A DNA stretch of 64,000 bases, from NCBI GenBank assembly GCA_046761045.1, contig JBHIFJ010000005.1:2361-66360 (forward strand). The letters run 5' to 3'. The position numbers were made by a program, and so were the translations under genes. The first letter of the stretch is position 1, and every line of letters starts with the position of its first letter. The stretch comes from Thermoplasmata archaeon (GTDB lineage Archaea; Thermoplasmatota; Thermoplasmata; RBG-16-68-12; JAGMCJ01). The notes under the pieces are model-generated. The model was not told where the DNA came from. It saw nothing but the letters and a program-made list of their open reading frames with translations, and ran no database searches. Of the stretch, positions 29,172 to 38,845 are shown in pieces.

Positions 29172-30806
29172 CTATGGAACGTCACCGATTCCATCGCTGC
29201 CCGGCTGGTCCTGGTTCGGCCCGCTCTTGTTGTCGGTACCGTTGTAGTCGCTCCAGTAGTTGCCGCCCGAAGGATAGCCGTTGTCCCATTCATTGCTTCC
29301 ACTGTCATCGAAGGCCTGAAGCGTGTTGTCAATGAGGATATTGTGATAGATGCGATTTTGAGAACTATCTTCGTGAGCATGAATGCCACGCTCATTGTCC
29401 GAGATGTTGTTGCTAGCGATGATATTGTCGTTGCTGAACTCGTCGAGGTAGATTCCTGCAAAGTAGTTGTCCGAGACCGTATTATTGATGACAGTGTTGT
29501 CATCCGATTCGACAATAAGGATTCCCCTCCAGATGTTCGAAGAAGCGTTGTTGTATGTGACGGCATTGTTATGGCTGGATTGACGGAGACTTATCCCGTA
29601 ATAGCCGGATGAAGCGGCGCTGCTATTCGTCACAGTATTGTTGTCGGAGTTATAGAAGACGATGCCACCGTAATCGTTCCACGAGGCGGTGTTATTAGCA
29701 ATCACGCTTCTCGATGAAAAGCCAAGCTCGATTCCCAGGGAGCCGGTGCTCACATTCAGATTCTCGACCACTACATCCGAGCAATTGGCGAGTATCACTT
29801 GACCGGCGTCAGCGGGAATGTATCCGCCCACTGTGTTCTTCCAATAATACACCGGTTTCCCGTTCACAGTGTTAGAGGTCTCAATGCTATGGCTATTCCA
29901 ATGCTCAAGAAAGCCAGACATGAACATTCCATCCTCAACGAGGGCATTGTCGGAGATCGTGCTATTGAAGGAGTGCGAGATAGTGATGCCAAACCTTCGA
30001 TTCCTGGAGATGAAGTTGCTGATCGCGGTTGTGTTTTCCGAGGCGAATATGTCCAATCCAAGATCGTTGTAGGAGATGTTGTTCTCGGCAACCACATTTC
30101 CCACGGAGAAGTCAACCATAATGCCGGCGCTATTGTTCGAGGCGGTGTTGTTGCGTACTGCATTGTTGTGGGAGCCAACGAGGTAGATGCCTAAGACGTT
30201 GTCGCTCGCGGAATTATTGACAATGGTGTTGTTACTTGAGTACGTGAGTTGGAGACCCTTCTCGCCGTTGGAAGGGAGTTTGCTGTTTACCACGCGGCAG
30301 TTTTCGACATAGTACAGTTCCACTGCGGAATCCCCTGGAGATGATCCGCTGTCCTTTACGGTAAACCCTGTGATGTTCACCCAATCGGCAGTCACGTAGA
30401 TTACGTCTCCAGTTCCGGTGCCATTGACTGACGTAGTGTCTCTGTCCACATCGGCCAGGGAAAGGGGCACATCTATCGTGATGTGTTCGTAATACGTGCC
30501 GTTGTATACGTAGACGGTATCGCCAGGATTCGCGTCGTCGATTGCGCCCTGAATCGTCGTGTAGTTTCCAAAGCCAATCCCGCCTACATACAGTGTGGTT
30601 GCCCCGACATTTTCAGGGAGGAATGTCAGAGTGAGGAAATAGGCACTCATGAATACAAGAAGTGCGACGATGTAGGCCACGTTCTTCATATTCTCCTCCG
30701 CATGGTCACCGCTGCAGCTGTGTTTGCGCCTATAATTCTTCTTGCGGAAGCTTCTCTTTCCCCCTAAAGAAATGTCGTCCATCCCTATGAGGAACGACAT
30801 TTCCAC
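29172..30806 (-). CDS. Parallel beta-helix (NosD-like) surface protein, N-terminal 544 aa, terminated by an in-frame amber codon.
   Basis: TTLYVGGIGFGNYTTIQGAIDDANPGDTVYVYNGTYYEHITI and many beta-helix rungs. It is paralogous to 20324..22492. Confidence 0.7.
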   Translation of the reverse strand: MEMSFLIGMDDISLGGKRSFRKKNYRRKHSCSGDHAEENMKNVAYIVALLVFMSAYFLTLTFLPENVGATTLYVGGIGFGNYTTIQGAIDDANPGDTVYVYNGTYYEHITIDVPLSLADVDRDTTSVNGTGTGDVIYVTADWVNITGFTVKDSGSSPGDSAVELYYVENCRVVNSKLPSNGEKGLQLTYSSNNTIVNNSASDNVLGIYLVGSHNNAVRNNTASNNSAGIMVDFSVGNVVAENNISYNDLGLDIFASENTTAISNFISRNRRFGITISHSFNSTISDNALVEDGMFMSGFLEHWNSHSIETSNTVNGKPVYYWKNTVGGYIPADAGQVILANCSDVVVENLNVSTGSLGIELGFSSRSVIANNTASWNDYGGIVFYNSDNNTVTNSSAASSGYYGISLRQSSHNNAVTYNNASSNIWRGILIVESDDNTVINNTVSDNYFAGIYLDEFSNDNIIASNNISDNERGIHAHEDSSQNRIYHNILIDNTLQAFDDSGSNEWDNGYPSGGNYWSDYNGTDNKSGPNQDQPGSDGIGDVP

Positions 30807-30901
30807 CTAGTGACAAAGACCTCTCCGAAGAACTCCACCAAAGATTCATATCCCAAATGACCTATGGAAGATTGCTTAGCTAAGCATCCCTCCACAACAA
30901 T

Positions 30902-30931
30902 GGCCGCCTAGAAAGGCGGCCCTTTTTTCTC
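30902..30931 (+). other. Perfect hairpin (GGCCGCC-tagaaa-GGCGGCC) followed by a T6 run, in a divergent intergenic region.
   Basis: Seen directly in the sequence. Its function is unclear; it could be a terminator-like or regulatory element. Confidence 0.3.
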
Positions 30932-31386
30932 AAATCTTTGTGGTAAAACCCAGCATGAAGAGAAATGTCCGCAGGGCTGAGATGAAACTGTCGTGGGTAA
31001 GGTCCTCATTCATAGAGAATCTACGTTGCCTGCTGTGGGAGAATCCTCTCAAAGGAGTTGATGTACTCCTGCGCCTCCAAGCGCCCTGCCACCTTCTTGC
31101 ACTGAAGAGACATCCTTTGATCACCCATCAAAGCATACACCGTTGCTTTCAGCCTCCACACGGATGGGTATTTGATTTCCCTTCTTGTGTTGTGATCCAT
31201 TCAATGGATACCCTCCTCGACACATTGACTGCCTCTATCGAGCCCATTCTTGGGTCGTTCTTGTGGCACTCCGCTCTAGCGCGTCCTGGCACATCTTCTA
31301 GACGGATGGAGAACATCGGTTCGTACGGGTTGCTCACCCACATCATGAGCTGCGCTTGTATCACAATACTAGTTGAGACTGAGCAG

Positions 31387-31878
31387 ATGAATAGGGATTA
31401 CTGTCCGGTTATCACGAAAGGAAACAAGACAACAAGAATATTATACAGATGTCGGCGATACTACAAAGGTGAGCTGAGCTCGGTCTCGAGAGGTGTGGCA
31501 TTGCGCAAAGCATCTTCCGAAAGCATCCTAGAATCCCAGTTGCTTGAGGATGTCTATCGTCTTCACGGAATCGATAGGCACGATGCGAGGATCATCGGAA
31601 TGACATACGAGAGCCCAAGGGATATGCTGACAATCAGCACGAATCTTGGAATTCCTATCTCGGAATGTTACGTTAGAGCAAAGAAGCTTTCCTCCTTGGG
31701 CCTTCTAAAGAAGCTCAAGATGTCATCGCCTTTCGTTCTAGGATCCAGAAAGAAAACGCTCTTCTACGCAAACAGGAACATGGTGGAAGTTGTGGTCATC
31801 GATGGAACGCCCAGGGTCAAAGTCAGGAGGACCCGAACACCGAACGGGTCCGTCTATCAATTCTCGATCATCTTTTGA
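31387..31878 (+). CDS. Hypothetical winged-helix (HTH) protein. The ORF is open from 30940 but the start is probably internal.
   Basis: A C-terminal HTH-like segment (DARIIGMTYESPRDMLTISTNLGIPISECYVRAKKLSSLGLLKK) lies in a low-G+C stretch. The N-terminal 150 aa of the long ORF look non-protein-like. Confidence 0.35.
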   Translation: MNRDYCPVITKGNKTTRILYRCRRYYKGELSSVSRGVALRKASSESILESQLLEDVYRLHGIDRHDARIIGMTYESPRDMLTISTNLGIPISECYVRAKKLSSLGLLKKLKMSSPFVLGSRKKTLFYANRNMVEVVVIDGTPRVKVRRTRTPNGSVYQFSIIF

Positions 31879-32084
31879 ACGAATTCGCCGGCTGATGTCA
31901 ACCGACGGTGAGCACGCGTCGCTGCTGATGTCGCCTCTGTTCGAACCAGCGGTATTCTCTGACTCAGAGCCTTCAGTCATCATCCTCTTTCCTGTAAAGA
32001 GTCAGTATCAGACTTGATAATGACGTCGAAGGGACTTAAGACCCAATCTGCAGTTTCCTCACGAAAAAGCATGGAGGTAGACAT

Positions 32085-32579
32085 ATGACGAACTTGAAAG
32101 GAAATATCTTGCTGTTTCTCAAAATCAGAAGCGGCTCCGTAGACGAGGCCGCCTCGGATTTGAGAGACAGGCCTGAGGTGACGGAGGTGAATCGACTGTT
32201 GGGGCAGTGGGACCTCGTTGTTTCGGGGAACTTCCCCGACTACGACACCTATAGAGCCTTTGCAGAGAACATAGAAACGAAGCCCTATTGCGACAGGGTC
32301 TCTGCCTATCCCTGCTTCCGGGAGTGGAGAAGGGAGAAGCCTTCCAAGACTCCGATAACGGGATGGGCGATGATAGGGACTAACAAGACGGAGGAGACCT
32401 TCGAGAAACTGAAGGACTACCAGCAGGTCTATTGGATGACATACACGACAGGAGACTACAACATAATCGCCCTCATGGGAGCAAGGGAACTCGACGAGCT
32501 GAGCAACTTCATGACCTCAGAGGTCCAAAGAATCCCAGGGGTAAAGAGAACGGAGACGCTTCCATCTCCGCAGGCGTGA
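32085..32579 (+). CDS. Stand-alone tandem RAM/ACT-like (Lrp/AsnC ligand-binding) domain protein.
   Basis: Two repeats of the RAM pattern (VTEVNRLLGQWDLVV...; VYWMTYTTGDYNIIALMGARELDELSNFMTSEVQRIPGVKRTET) with no N-terminal HTH. Confidence 0.5.
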   Translation: MTNLKGNILLFLKIRSGSVDEAASDLRDRPEVTEVNRLLGQWDLVVSGNFPDYDTYRAFAENIETKPYCDRVSAYPCFREWRREKPSKTPITGWAMIGTNKTEETFEKLKDYQQVYWMTYTTGDYNIIALMGARELDELSNFMTSEVQRIPGVKRTETLPSPQA

Positions 32580-32606
32580 GACATTCGTACTCAGTGACAC
32601 CTTGCC

Positions 32607-32638
32607 GCCGACCCTCCAAAGGGTCGGCTGCATTTTCT
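32607..32638 (+). terminator. Hairpin plus T-rich tract downstream of the RAM-domain gene.
   Basis: GCCGACCC-tccaaa-GGGTCGGC is followed by tgcattttct, 28 nt after the stop at 32579. Confidence 0.4.
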
Positions 32639-32754
32639 AGTCGCAAGAGGACTGAAACTTCATCCCCGCACTGGACTTTGACACCATTTGGCAAAGTGAC
32701 AAAGCCATGGATTTATCAAGCTTGATTTTCTAGACGAAAGGTATTTGGGCGTCA

Positions 32755-33378
32755 GTGTCACAATCATTCTTGATAATGATGGCTGGCAGTGCCAAGAAGG
32801 ATGCCATATCGGCCTTGCTTGACCGATGTGAGAAGGAGCTTGAGAAGAATCCGAGAGATGTAGATACCCTCTTCACAAAAGGAGTGGTTTTCGCAAAAAT
32901 ACACAGATACGAGGAGTCCTTGCGCTGTCTAGAAGAGGTCATATCTATCAACCCGGACTATCCTGGCATTCATCGCTTGAAAGCCACGGTCGTCAGACTG
33001 ATGTCAAAGGAGACAGATACACCGACTACCGAGCCTGCTTTACTTGGAGACATAGAGGATATGGAGAGTGAGAGAAAGGGCATGGAAGATGGGTCTCTGG
33101 AGAATGGCGATCGGATTCCAGAGATAGTGGAGAGGATCCTCTCCCTTAAGACAAGAACCTTCACTGCGGAGAATCTCCATTTCGCCCTTGTGGCCGTAAT
33201 GGGATTCGATTACGAGCGCGAGGAGGTGGAGAAGTCTCTGGAAATTCTATCGACACCTCCACTCCGCATTCTGGAGAAGGATGGCGAGAGATACACCTTC
33301 ACAACGGATGCGAAGACCATCTTGTCAAGAATGGAACTTCTTGAGAGAGTTGCCAGAAAGAGCAGGGCAATGGCATGA
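32755..33378 (+). CDS. TPR-repeat protein.
   Basis: TPR-like helices (DTLFTKGVVFAKIHRYEESLRCLEEVISINPDYPG...). Confidence 0.5.
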   Translation: MSQSFLIMMAGSAKKDAISALLDRCEKELEKNPRDVDTLFTKGVVFAKIHRYEESLRCLEEVISINPDYPGIHRLKATVVRLMSKETDTPTTEPALLGDIEDMESERKGMEDGSLENGDRIPEIVERILSLKTRTFTAENLHFALVAVMGFDYEREEVEKSLEILSTPPLRILEKDGERYTFTTDAKTILSRMELLERVARKSRAMA

Positions 33379-33877
33379 CACCATCGAGAAGGAGAGGCGA
33401 TTGCATCCTTGGAAGCAAGCAAATCGGAAGGGATTCCTATACGCTACACCTGGGTACGGAAGAGAGCTCAAATGAATCTCGCAAGTTTCCTGTAAGCTGC
33501 TCAGGACATCCGCTCTTGCTTCTGCTTGCCTGTGGAGGATGGCTCGGATTCGGAAAGAGAGGCAAGAAGAAAAGGAAAACAGAAAGAGAAGACGAGAATG
33601 CTTCAAGGCTGGAAGAGGGTAGAGAGAACGGAATTGAATCTGGAGAACCAGCCTACGAGATGAGATGGAAGAGAGTGACAGAAACGCAGACCAGGTTCAT
33701 ATCCATGATGATCGATGAAGCCCATGAGAGGTATCTTCAGAGTGTCAGACCGCCGGAGAACGTCAAGAGGCTCCTCGACCGCCACGTCAAGGCGCTTAAG
33801 GAGGAAATCGTTAATCGCCTGAGGCAAGGAGAGTAGTTGGAATCCGCACAGGACGGTGATCATTTCGGTAATGACCC

Positions 33878-34564
33878 GTGTCTCTTCTTTCGAGTTGTCA
33901 GCAGAATCAAGCGTCGATTTACAGAGGACACCTATGTCGACGTCGGAAGGGAGAACTGCTGAGCGTGCGAGAATTCCTTCCATATATGAGGGGTGCAGAA
34001 GAGCCACTTCCCCTCCTCGGCGAGATAGAGAAAGGACAGCCTGATGAGTTCCCGTCGTTGCTTCTTGATCTCTCGATCATCGACCTCGTTACCCACGGAT
34101 ATCAGGGTCTGTGCATTACAAGACTGCCCCCAAAGATGGTAAGGGAGCAATTGGGTCTTGAGAAAACGCCCGTGCTGTGGCTGAGCAGATTGTCGAGTGA
34201 AAAGAACAGCATAAGTCCTTGGCCCTTGGAAGGCATATCCGTAGCCGTTGAGCATTTCATATCGAGCGGCGAAAAGACCATCATCCTTCTTGATGGTGTC
34301 GAATACATCACATCTCACAACGACTTCAAGTCCATGTTGACCCTTCTTCACGACATCAAGGAAAGGATGGCAATGATGAATTCGATTCTTGTACTGCCTT
34401 TGGATTCGGAGGTCTTCGAAGAGAGGGAGTTTGCCCTTATCAGAAGGGATCTCGTTCAATTGCCCCCTTCCACGGAACAAGCCGCTCGTAAGAGAGCGGA
34501 TGGAATGGGCGAAGAGGAGTTCGAGAGAGCTATGACGAGGAAGCCGGCCGAGGCGGGAGCGTGA
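33878..34564 (+). CDS. Hypothetical protein (DUF835-like C-terminal domain). The start may be internal.
   Basis: The segment ...[42 protein letters not shown]... resembles the archaeal DUF835 domain. Confidence 0.35.
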   Translation: MSLLSSCQQNQASIYRGHLCRRRKGELLSVREFLPYMRGAEEPLPLLGEIEKGQPDEFPSLLLDLSIIDLVTHGYQGLCITRLPPKMVREQLGLEKTPVLWLSRLSSEKNSISPWPLEGISVAVEHFISSGEKTIILLDGVEYITSHNDFKSMLTLLHDIKERMAMMNSILVLPLDSEVFEEREFALIRRDLVQLPPSTEQAARKRADGMGEEEFERAMTRKPAEAGA

Positions 34565-34616
34565 GAACGTTAGAAGGCGGTGTATGGTCTCGAAGGATAC
34601 CACAGACCGGATTCGA

Positions 34617-34628
34617 AGGGATTAAATA
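34617..34628 (+). promoter_or_regulatory. Candidate TATA box for the rpl10e gene.
   Basis: The sequence gattaaatacc lies 26-37 nt upstream of the ATG at 34654. Confidence 0.4.
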
Positions 34629-34653
34629 CCTTTCGCACGTATTGAGTGAGGCC

Positions 34654-35169
34654 ATGGCCAGGAAACCGGCGCGCATGTACAGGGACATCCGAGGTCAACC
34701 CTACACGCGGAAGAAGTATATGGGCGGCGTCCCCGCCGTTAGGATCGTTCAGTTTGACGTGGGCAGCAAGGACAAGGACTACCCCATATCGGTAACGTTG
34801 CTGGCCAAGGAGGCCTGCCAGATTAGGCACACAGCCTTGGAGGCGGCCCGCGTGACGGCAAACCGATACATACAGAAGCACGCCGGGAGGGACTATCACC
34901 TGAAGATCAGGATTTACCCGCACAACGTCCTCAGGGAGAACAAGATCGCCACAGGCGCAGGAGCGGACAGGATCTCGGAGGGAATGCGAGCAGCCTTCGG
35001 AAAGGCCATAGGCACGGCGGCCAGGGTCAGGAGGATGCAACCCCTGATAACGCTCAGGGTCAATCCCGAGGATGTTGCCGCCGCGAAGGAGGCGCTCAGA
35101 AAGGCGGGCGCAAAGCTGCCGACTCCCGTGAGCATTCAGACAAGGAAGAAGGGGAAGAGTTGGGTCTGA
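34654..35169 (+). CDS. rpl10e: Ribosomal protein L10e (uL16).
   Basis: [27 protein letters not shown]...; the start was set at the conserved MARKPA. Confidence 0.85.
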   Translation: MARKPARMYRDIRGQPYTRKKYMGGVPAVRIVQFDVGSKDKDYPISVTLLAKEACQIRHTALEAARVTANRYIQKHAGRDYHLKIRIYPHNVLRENKIATGAGADRISEGMRAAFGKAIGTAARVRRMQPLITLRVNPEDVAAAKEALRKAGAKLPTPVSIQTRKKGKSWV

Positions 35170-35209
35170 TTCCAACAAGCTTTTCTACGGAAAACACCTA
35201 CCTTGGCAC

Positions 35210-36697
35210 ATGCCGTCTCGAAAGGTCATCCCCTTTGATGACTTATCGGAGGAGGAGTTGGGGCGATCCGGGATTACGATATCCACCCTCACACGGGTCG
35301 GGCGTATGGCGACAGTTCCCAAAGGCTTCGTCATTTCCTCTACCGTCTTCAACGAGTTCCGCTCGCAGAATGTCAATCTCTCCGATAGGCTCCTCCCCTG
35401 GTCAGTAGAGCTGGAGATCGCGAAGGCCTACGATGACCTCGGCTCGAATGTTGTGAACGTTCTGCCTAGCCCCTCATATCCGTCTGAGATCTCAGGGTCG
35501 TACGTATCCGATAAGACCTCGCTGGTGACGGAGATCAGAAAGACGATGACGGATTTCCTTTCAGAGGAAGAGGAGGACTGCAGAAAAGGACAGGAGGTGG
35601 AGGTCTTTCAACTCGCATTCCTCGTCCAAGAGATCCCGCCGCACAGTGCGTCAGGCTCGATCGAGACTGGACCGGTGGATGGTCAATATGAAGTCAGGGC
35701 TGTTCTCGGACTTCCCGTCGACCTGACGGAATCCGATAGGATGACAATCGGCGATGATGGGTCCGTTGCCGAGAAGACGATCCTCTCGCAGGAGAGGATG
35801 TGGATTGCCGAAGATGGGCTCAAGAAGGTCGACGTCGAGAGGGACCAGAGAAGGGAGATGAAGGTTCCGAGCGACCTGTTGAGGAAGCTCTCGGCGCTCG
35901 GGAAGCGGATGACCACGAAGGTGGGCACGGGAACCTTCCACTGGTATCTGAAGGACCGCATATTCATCGTGTGGAGCGTTGCACTCCGCGAGAGGACGCG
36001 ACGGCCAGCACCGGAGCCGATGGCGGAGGTCGTGACTGTCAAGAGGGAGATCCCATCGAGGGAGACGAGCATATTCCTCGTCTCGGAGTCGCTTCCTGAG
36101 GACGTCAAGAGGGCGGAGATCCAGGGCCTGTTTCTCGTTCCATCAGAGGGGTCCCGGCCCGTGGCAGATGAGCTCATCAGGCTCTCTGAGCGGCTGGCCC
36201 CGAGACCAATCGTGGTCCTGGCGGGTGAGAAGGGCATGGGGTCCCTGGCGGGAGCGCGCCGGGACGGCAGGAAGAACCTGTGGCCCATGTTTACCACGAC
36301 GACCTCTGAGTTCCGGGAGATCACCAGGCCGGCGGTGGAAAAGGGTCTCGAGAGGTCAAAGGACCTCCCGTTCTGGGCGACCGCGAATTCGCCGACGACC
36401 CTGCTCTTCCTGAAGGATGTGGCGGAAGAATTCGACGGGATCTTCATCCCGCTCGACGAGGTCATGAGAACGATGGAGGGACCCGGGGACAAGAGATTCG
36501 ATCTGACTGTCTCGGCTCTCGGTCGAATCGTGGAGGAGGCGCGCGAACGAGGTCTCGTCACCGCGATCGGAATCTCCACCAAGGACCGTCTGGGCGATAT
36601 CTGGAGCTACTGCGCTGACATGGGAGTCGACATACTAGCGGTCGACGACAAGCTGATGGATGATGCCCTGTCTCTTTGGCGAGCGAAGGAGGAATGA
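35210..36697 (+). CDS. PEP-synthase / pyruvate-phosphate-dikinase-like protein with an N-terminal ATP-grasp (PPDK_N) domain and a C-terminal PEP-utilizing TIM-barrel-like domain, apparently lacking the central phosphohistidine domain.
   Basis: VGRMATVPKGFVISSTVFNEF and AFLVQEIPPHSASGSIETGPVDGQYEVRAVLGLP correspond to PPDK_N. EIQGLFLVPSEG...FWATANSPTTLLFLKDVAEEFDGIFIPLDEVMRT corresponds to the PEP-utilizers C domain. No ...GGRTSHAAI...-type His segment is seen. Confidence 0.5.
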   Translation: MPSRKVIPFDDLSEEELGRSGITISTLTRVGRMATVPKGFVISSTVFNEFRSQNVNLSDRLLPWSVELEIAKAYDDLGSNVVNVLPSPSYPSEISGSYVSDKTSLVTEIRKTMTDFLSEEEEDCRKGQEVEVFQLAFLVQEIPPHSASGSIETGPVDGQYEVRAVLGLPVDLTESDRMTIGDDGSVAEKTILSQERMWIAEDGLKKVDVERDQRREMKVPSDLLRKLSALGKRMTTKVGTGTFHWYLKDRIFIVWSVALRERTRRPAPEPMAEVVTVKREIPSRETSIFLVSESLPEDVKRAEIQGLFLVPSEGSRPVADELIRLSERLAPRPIVVLAGEKGMGSLAGARRDGRKNLWPMFTTTTSEFREITRPAVEKGLERSKDLPFWATANSPTTLLFLKDVAEEFDGIFIPLDEVMRTMEGPGDKRFDLTVSALGRIVEEARERGLVTAIGISTKDRLGDIWSYCADMGVDILAVDDKLMDDALSLWRAKEE

Positions 36698-37836
36698 CGA
36701 TGCTACAAGAAGGTATGGAATACGACGATGTGATATCACAGGTGGAGAAGGCTCTATCCGAGGACTCTCATTTCGAGGACGGGAAGATCCTGGGGTCCAT
36801 GTGCACGCAACCATTGGACGTGGCAATCGATACGCACGGCATGTTCATAGAGAGCAACTTGGGGAACCCCGGTCTCTATCCGGGGACAAGGAGGCTGGAG
36901 TCAAGGGTCATCGAGATGATGGCGGACCTTCTGAACGGCATGGACGTGACCGGCCGAATTCTGGAGGGCGGAACCGAGGCGAATCTTACCGCTCTGTGGA
37001 TCGCGAGGAACCTGACGGGAAGGAAGGAGGTCATATTGGGAAAGAACGCCCACTTCTCAACGAAGAAGGCGTGCGACATCCTGAGGATGGTCCCCAGAGA
37101 GGTCCCTGTGAACGAGAACCACGTGATGGATGTCGGAGAGGTTGAGAGGCACATCGGCGAGGACACGGCCGCGGTCGTGGCAACGGCAGGGACGACGGAA
37201 TTCGGTCTCGTGGACCCGATAGAGGAACTCTCCCGGATGTGCGAGGGCAGGACCTGGTTCCACGTGGATGCTGCCTGGGGCGGCTTCATCCTCCCGTTTC
37301 TGGAGGATCCGCCTGTCTTCGACTTCCGAAACGACGGCCTCAGTTCCATGAACGCCGACGGGCACAAGATGGGGATGTCCACCATCCCGTCAAGCGTGTT
37401 CCTCTTGAGGAAGGAGGAGGACCTGCAGAACATCGCGTTCGAGTCCCCCTACCTTACGAGCGTGTTCCAGACCACCGTTCTGGGCACAAGGTCCAGCGCG
37501 GGCGTTGCCTCCCTCTACGCGACGATCATGTCCCTGGGGAGGGAGGGATACGCAAGGAACGTGGAGGAATGCATGAGCAGGATGAGAAGGCTCGCGCAGG
37601 CGGTCAAGGACATGGGGCTGAGCCTCATAACGGAGCCCGTGACGAACATCCTGGCGATAAGGCTTCGGGACCCTGTCGGCGTCAAGGAGCATCTCGAGAG
37701 GAGAGGGTGGCACCTCTCGCTGTCAAGGCATCCGGAGGCCCTGAGGATAGTGGTCATGCCGCACGTGACGGACGAAGCGCTGGACGTCTTCATCGAGGAC
37801 CTCATCAGCGAATCCAGAGAACTGGGTGAGATATGA
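36694..37836 (+). CDS. mfnA: Group II PLP-dependent amino-acid decarboxylase (MfnA-type L-tyrosine/L-aspartate decarboxylase).
   Basis: GSMCTQP...GGTEANLTALW...WFHVDAAWGGF...MNADGHKMG (PLP lysine). The ATG start overlaps the upstream stop (ATGA). Confidence 0.75.
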   Translation: MTMLQEGMEYDDVISQVEKALSEDSHFEDGKILGSMCTQPLDVAIDTHGMFIESNLGNPGLYPGTRRLESRVIEMMADLLNGMDVTGRILEGGTEANLTALWIARNLTGRKEVILGKNAHFSTKKACDILRMVPREVPVNENHVMDVGEVERHIGEDTAAVVATAGTTEFGLVDPIEELSRMCEGRTWFHVDAAWGGFILPFLEDPPVFDFRNDGLSSMNADGHKMGMSTIPSSVFLLRKEEDLQNIAFESPYLTSVFQTTVLGTRSSAGVASLYATIMSLGREGYARNVEECMSRMRRLAQAVKDMGLSLITEPVTNILAIRLRDPVGVKEHLERRGWHLSLSRHPEALRIVVMPHVTDEALDVFIEDLISESRELGEI

Positions 37837-38831
37837 TTAGCGACTGGGAAATCCAGAAGATGGCTGACGAGATCTCGCGCGTGGGTGCGAGGAGCATCGC
37901 CATCCAGTTCCCGGATGGACTGAGAAAAAAGATCGTCGATGTCGTGCTGGAGTTGAAGAATAAGGCGGATGTTGACGTATACCTCTGGGCCGATCCCTGC
38001 TACGGGGCCTGCGATGTGGCTGACGCGCCCGTGGATTTGATCTTCCATCTGGGTCACGCCCCACTTCCGTACGTCGAGTCCAAGAACGTCGTTTACATGG
38101 AGCTCCAGTCAGAGCTCTCCGATATGGCGCTCCTTGAGGAGGCGATTCCGTCCTTGGGGGGGAGGATAGGCCTCATTTCCAGCGTGCAGTACGTTCCTGA
38201 TCTTCTGAGAGTGAAGCAGTATCTGGCATCGAAGGGCCTAACCACCATCATTGGGGAGGGAGACTCGAGGATATCCTATCCGGGCCAAGTTCTCGGGTGC
38301 AACTTCTCAACCGCGAGGGCAGTGCAGGACGACGTGGATGTATTCCTCTACATTGGTGGCGGGAACTTCCATCCGATTGGAGTTGCCCTCGCAACGCGGA
38401 AGAGGGTCGTTGTCCTCGACCCGGAGAGGAGCGAAGTCCGGGACATCGAGGACGCGGTGGACGAGCTAAGGCGAGTTCGATTCGCAACGATGGAGAAGGC
38501 AAGGTCCGCTGAAGTCTTCGGCATAATCGTGTCAAGAAAGATCGGCCAGAGGAGGATGGAATTGGCGAGGACCATTGAGAAGCTGCTCGACGGGCGACAC
38601 AGGAAGTCACTCATTCTGCTGTTCGACTATGTTACACCCGAGAACCTAGTGGGACTCCAGGTCGATGCCTTCGTGTCCACCGCCTGCCCGCGGATAGCAA
38701 TAGACGACCAGGCGATTTACGACAAGCCCATGCTCACGCCCGTGGAGCTGAAGATCCTGCTTGGCGAGGCGGAATGGGAGGACTACATCTTTGACGAGAT
38801 CGTTGAGAGTGATAGCTTTAATAGAATCTGA
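37833..38831 (+). CDS. dph2: Diphthamide biosynthesis protein Dph2 (2-(3-amino-3-carboxypropyl)histidine synthase).
   Basis: IQFPDGL...GACD motifs. The 332 aa length is typical of archaeal Dph2. Confidence 0.7.
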   Translation: MISDWEIQKMADEISRVGARSIAIQFPDGLRKKIVDVVLELKNKADVDVYLWADPCYGACDVADAPVDLIFHLGHAPLPYVESKNVVYMELQSELSDMALLEEAIPSLGGRIGLISSVQYVPDLLRVKQYLASKGLTTIIGEGDSRISYPGQVLGCNFSTARAVQDDVDVFLYIGGGNFHPIGVALATRKRVVVLDPERSEVRDIEDAVDELRRVRFATMEKARSAEVFGIIVSRKIGQRRMELARTIEKLLDGRHRKSLILLFDYVTPENLVGLQVDAFVSTACPRIAIDDQAIYDKPMLTPVELKILLGEAEWEDYIFDEIVESDSFNRI

Positions 38832-38845
38832 GGTATGTTGAAACC

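Noticed and set aside
29172-29174. Pyrrolysine (UAG) decoding of the in-frame amber codon.
   Set aside because: No pyl or methanogenesis genes are in view, and several neighbouring genes terminate with TAG at expected positions. Pseudogenisation or a sequencing error is more parsimonious. It is kept as a finding but not called as Pyl.
34570-35178. 202 aa minus-strand ORF.
   Set aside because: It is the exact antisense of the ribosomal protein L10e gene.
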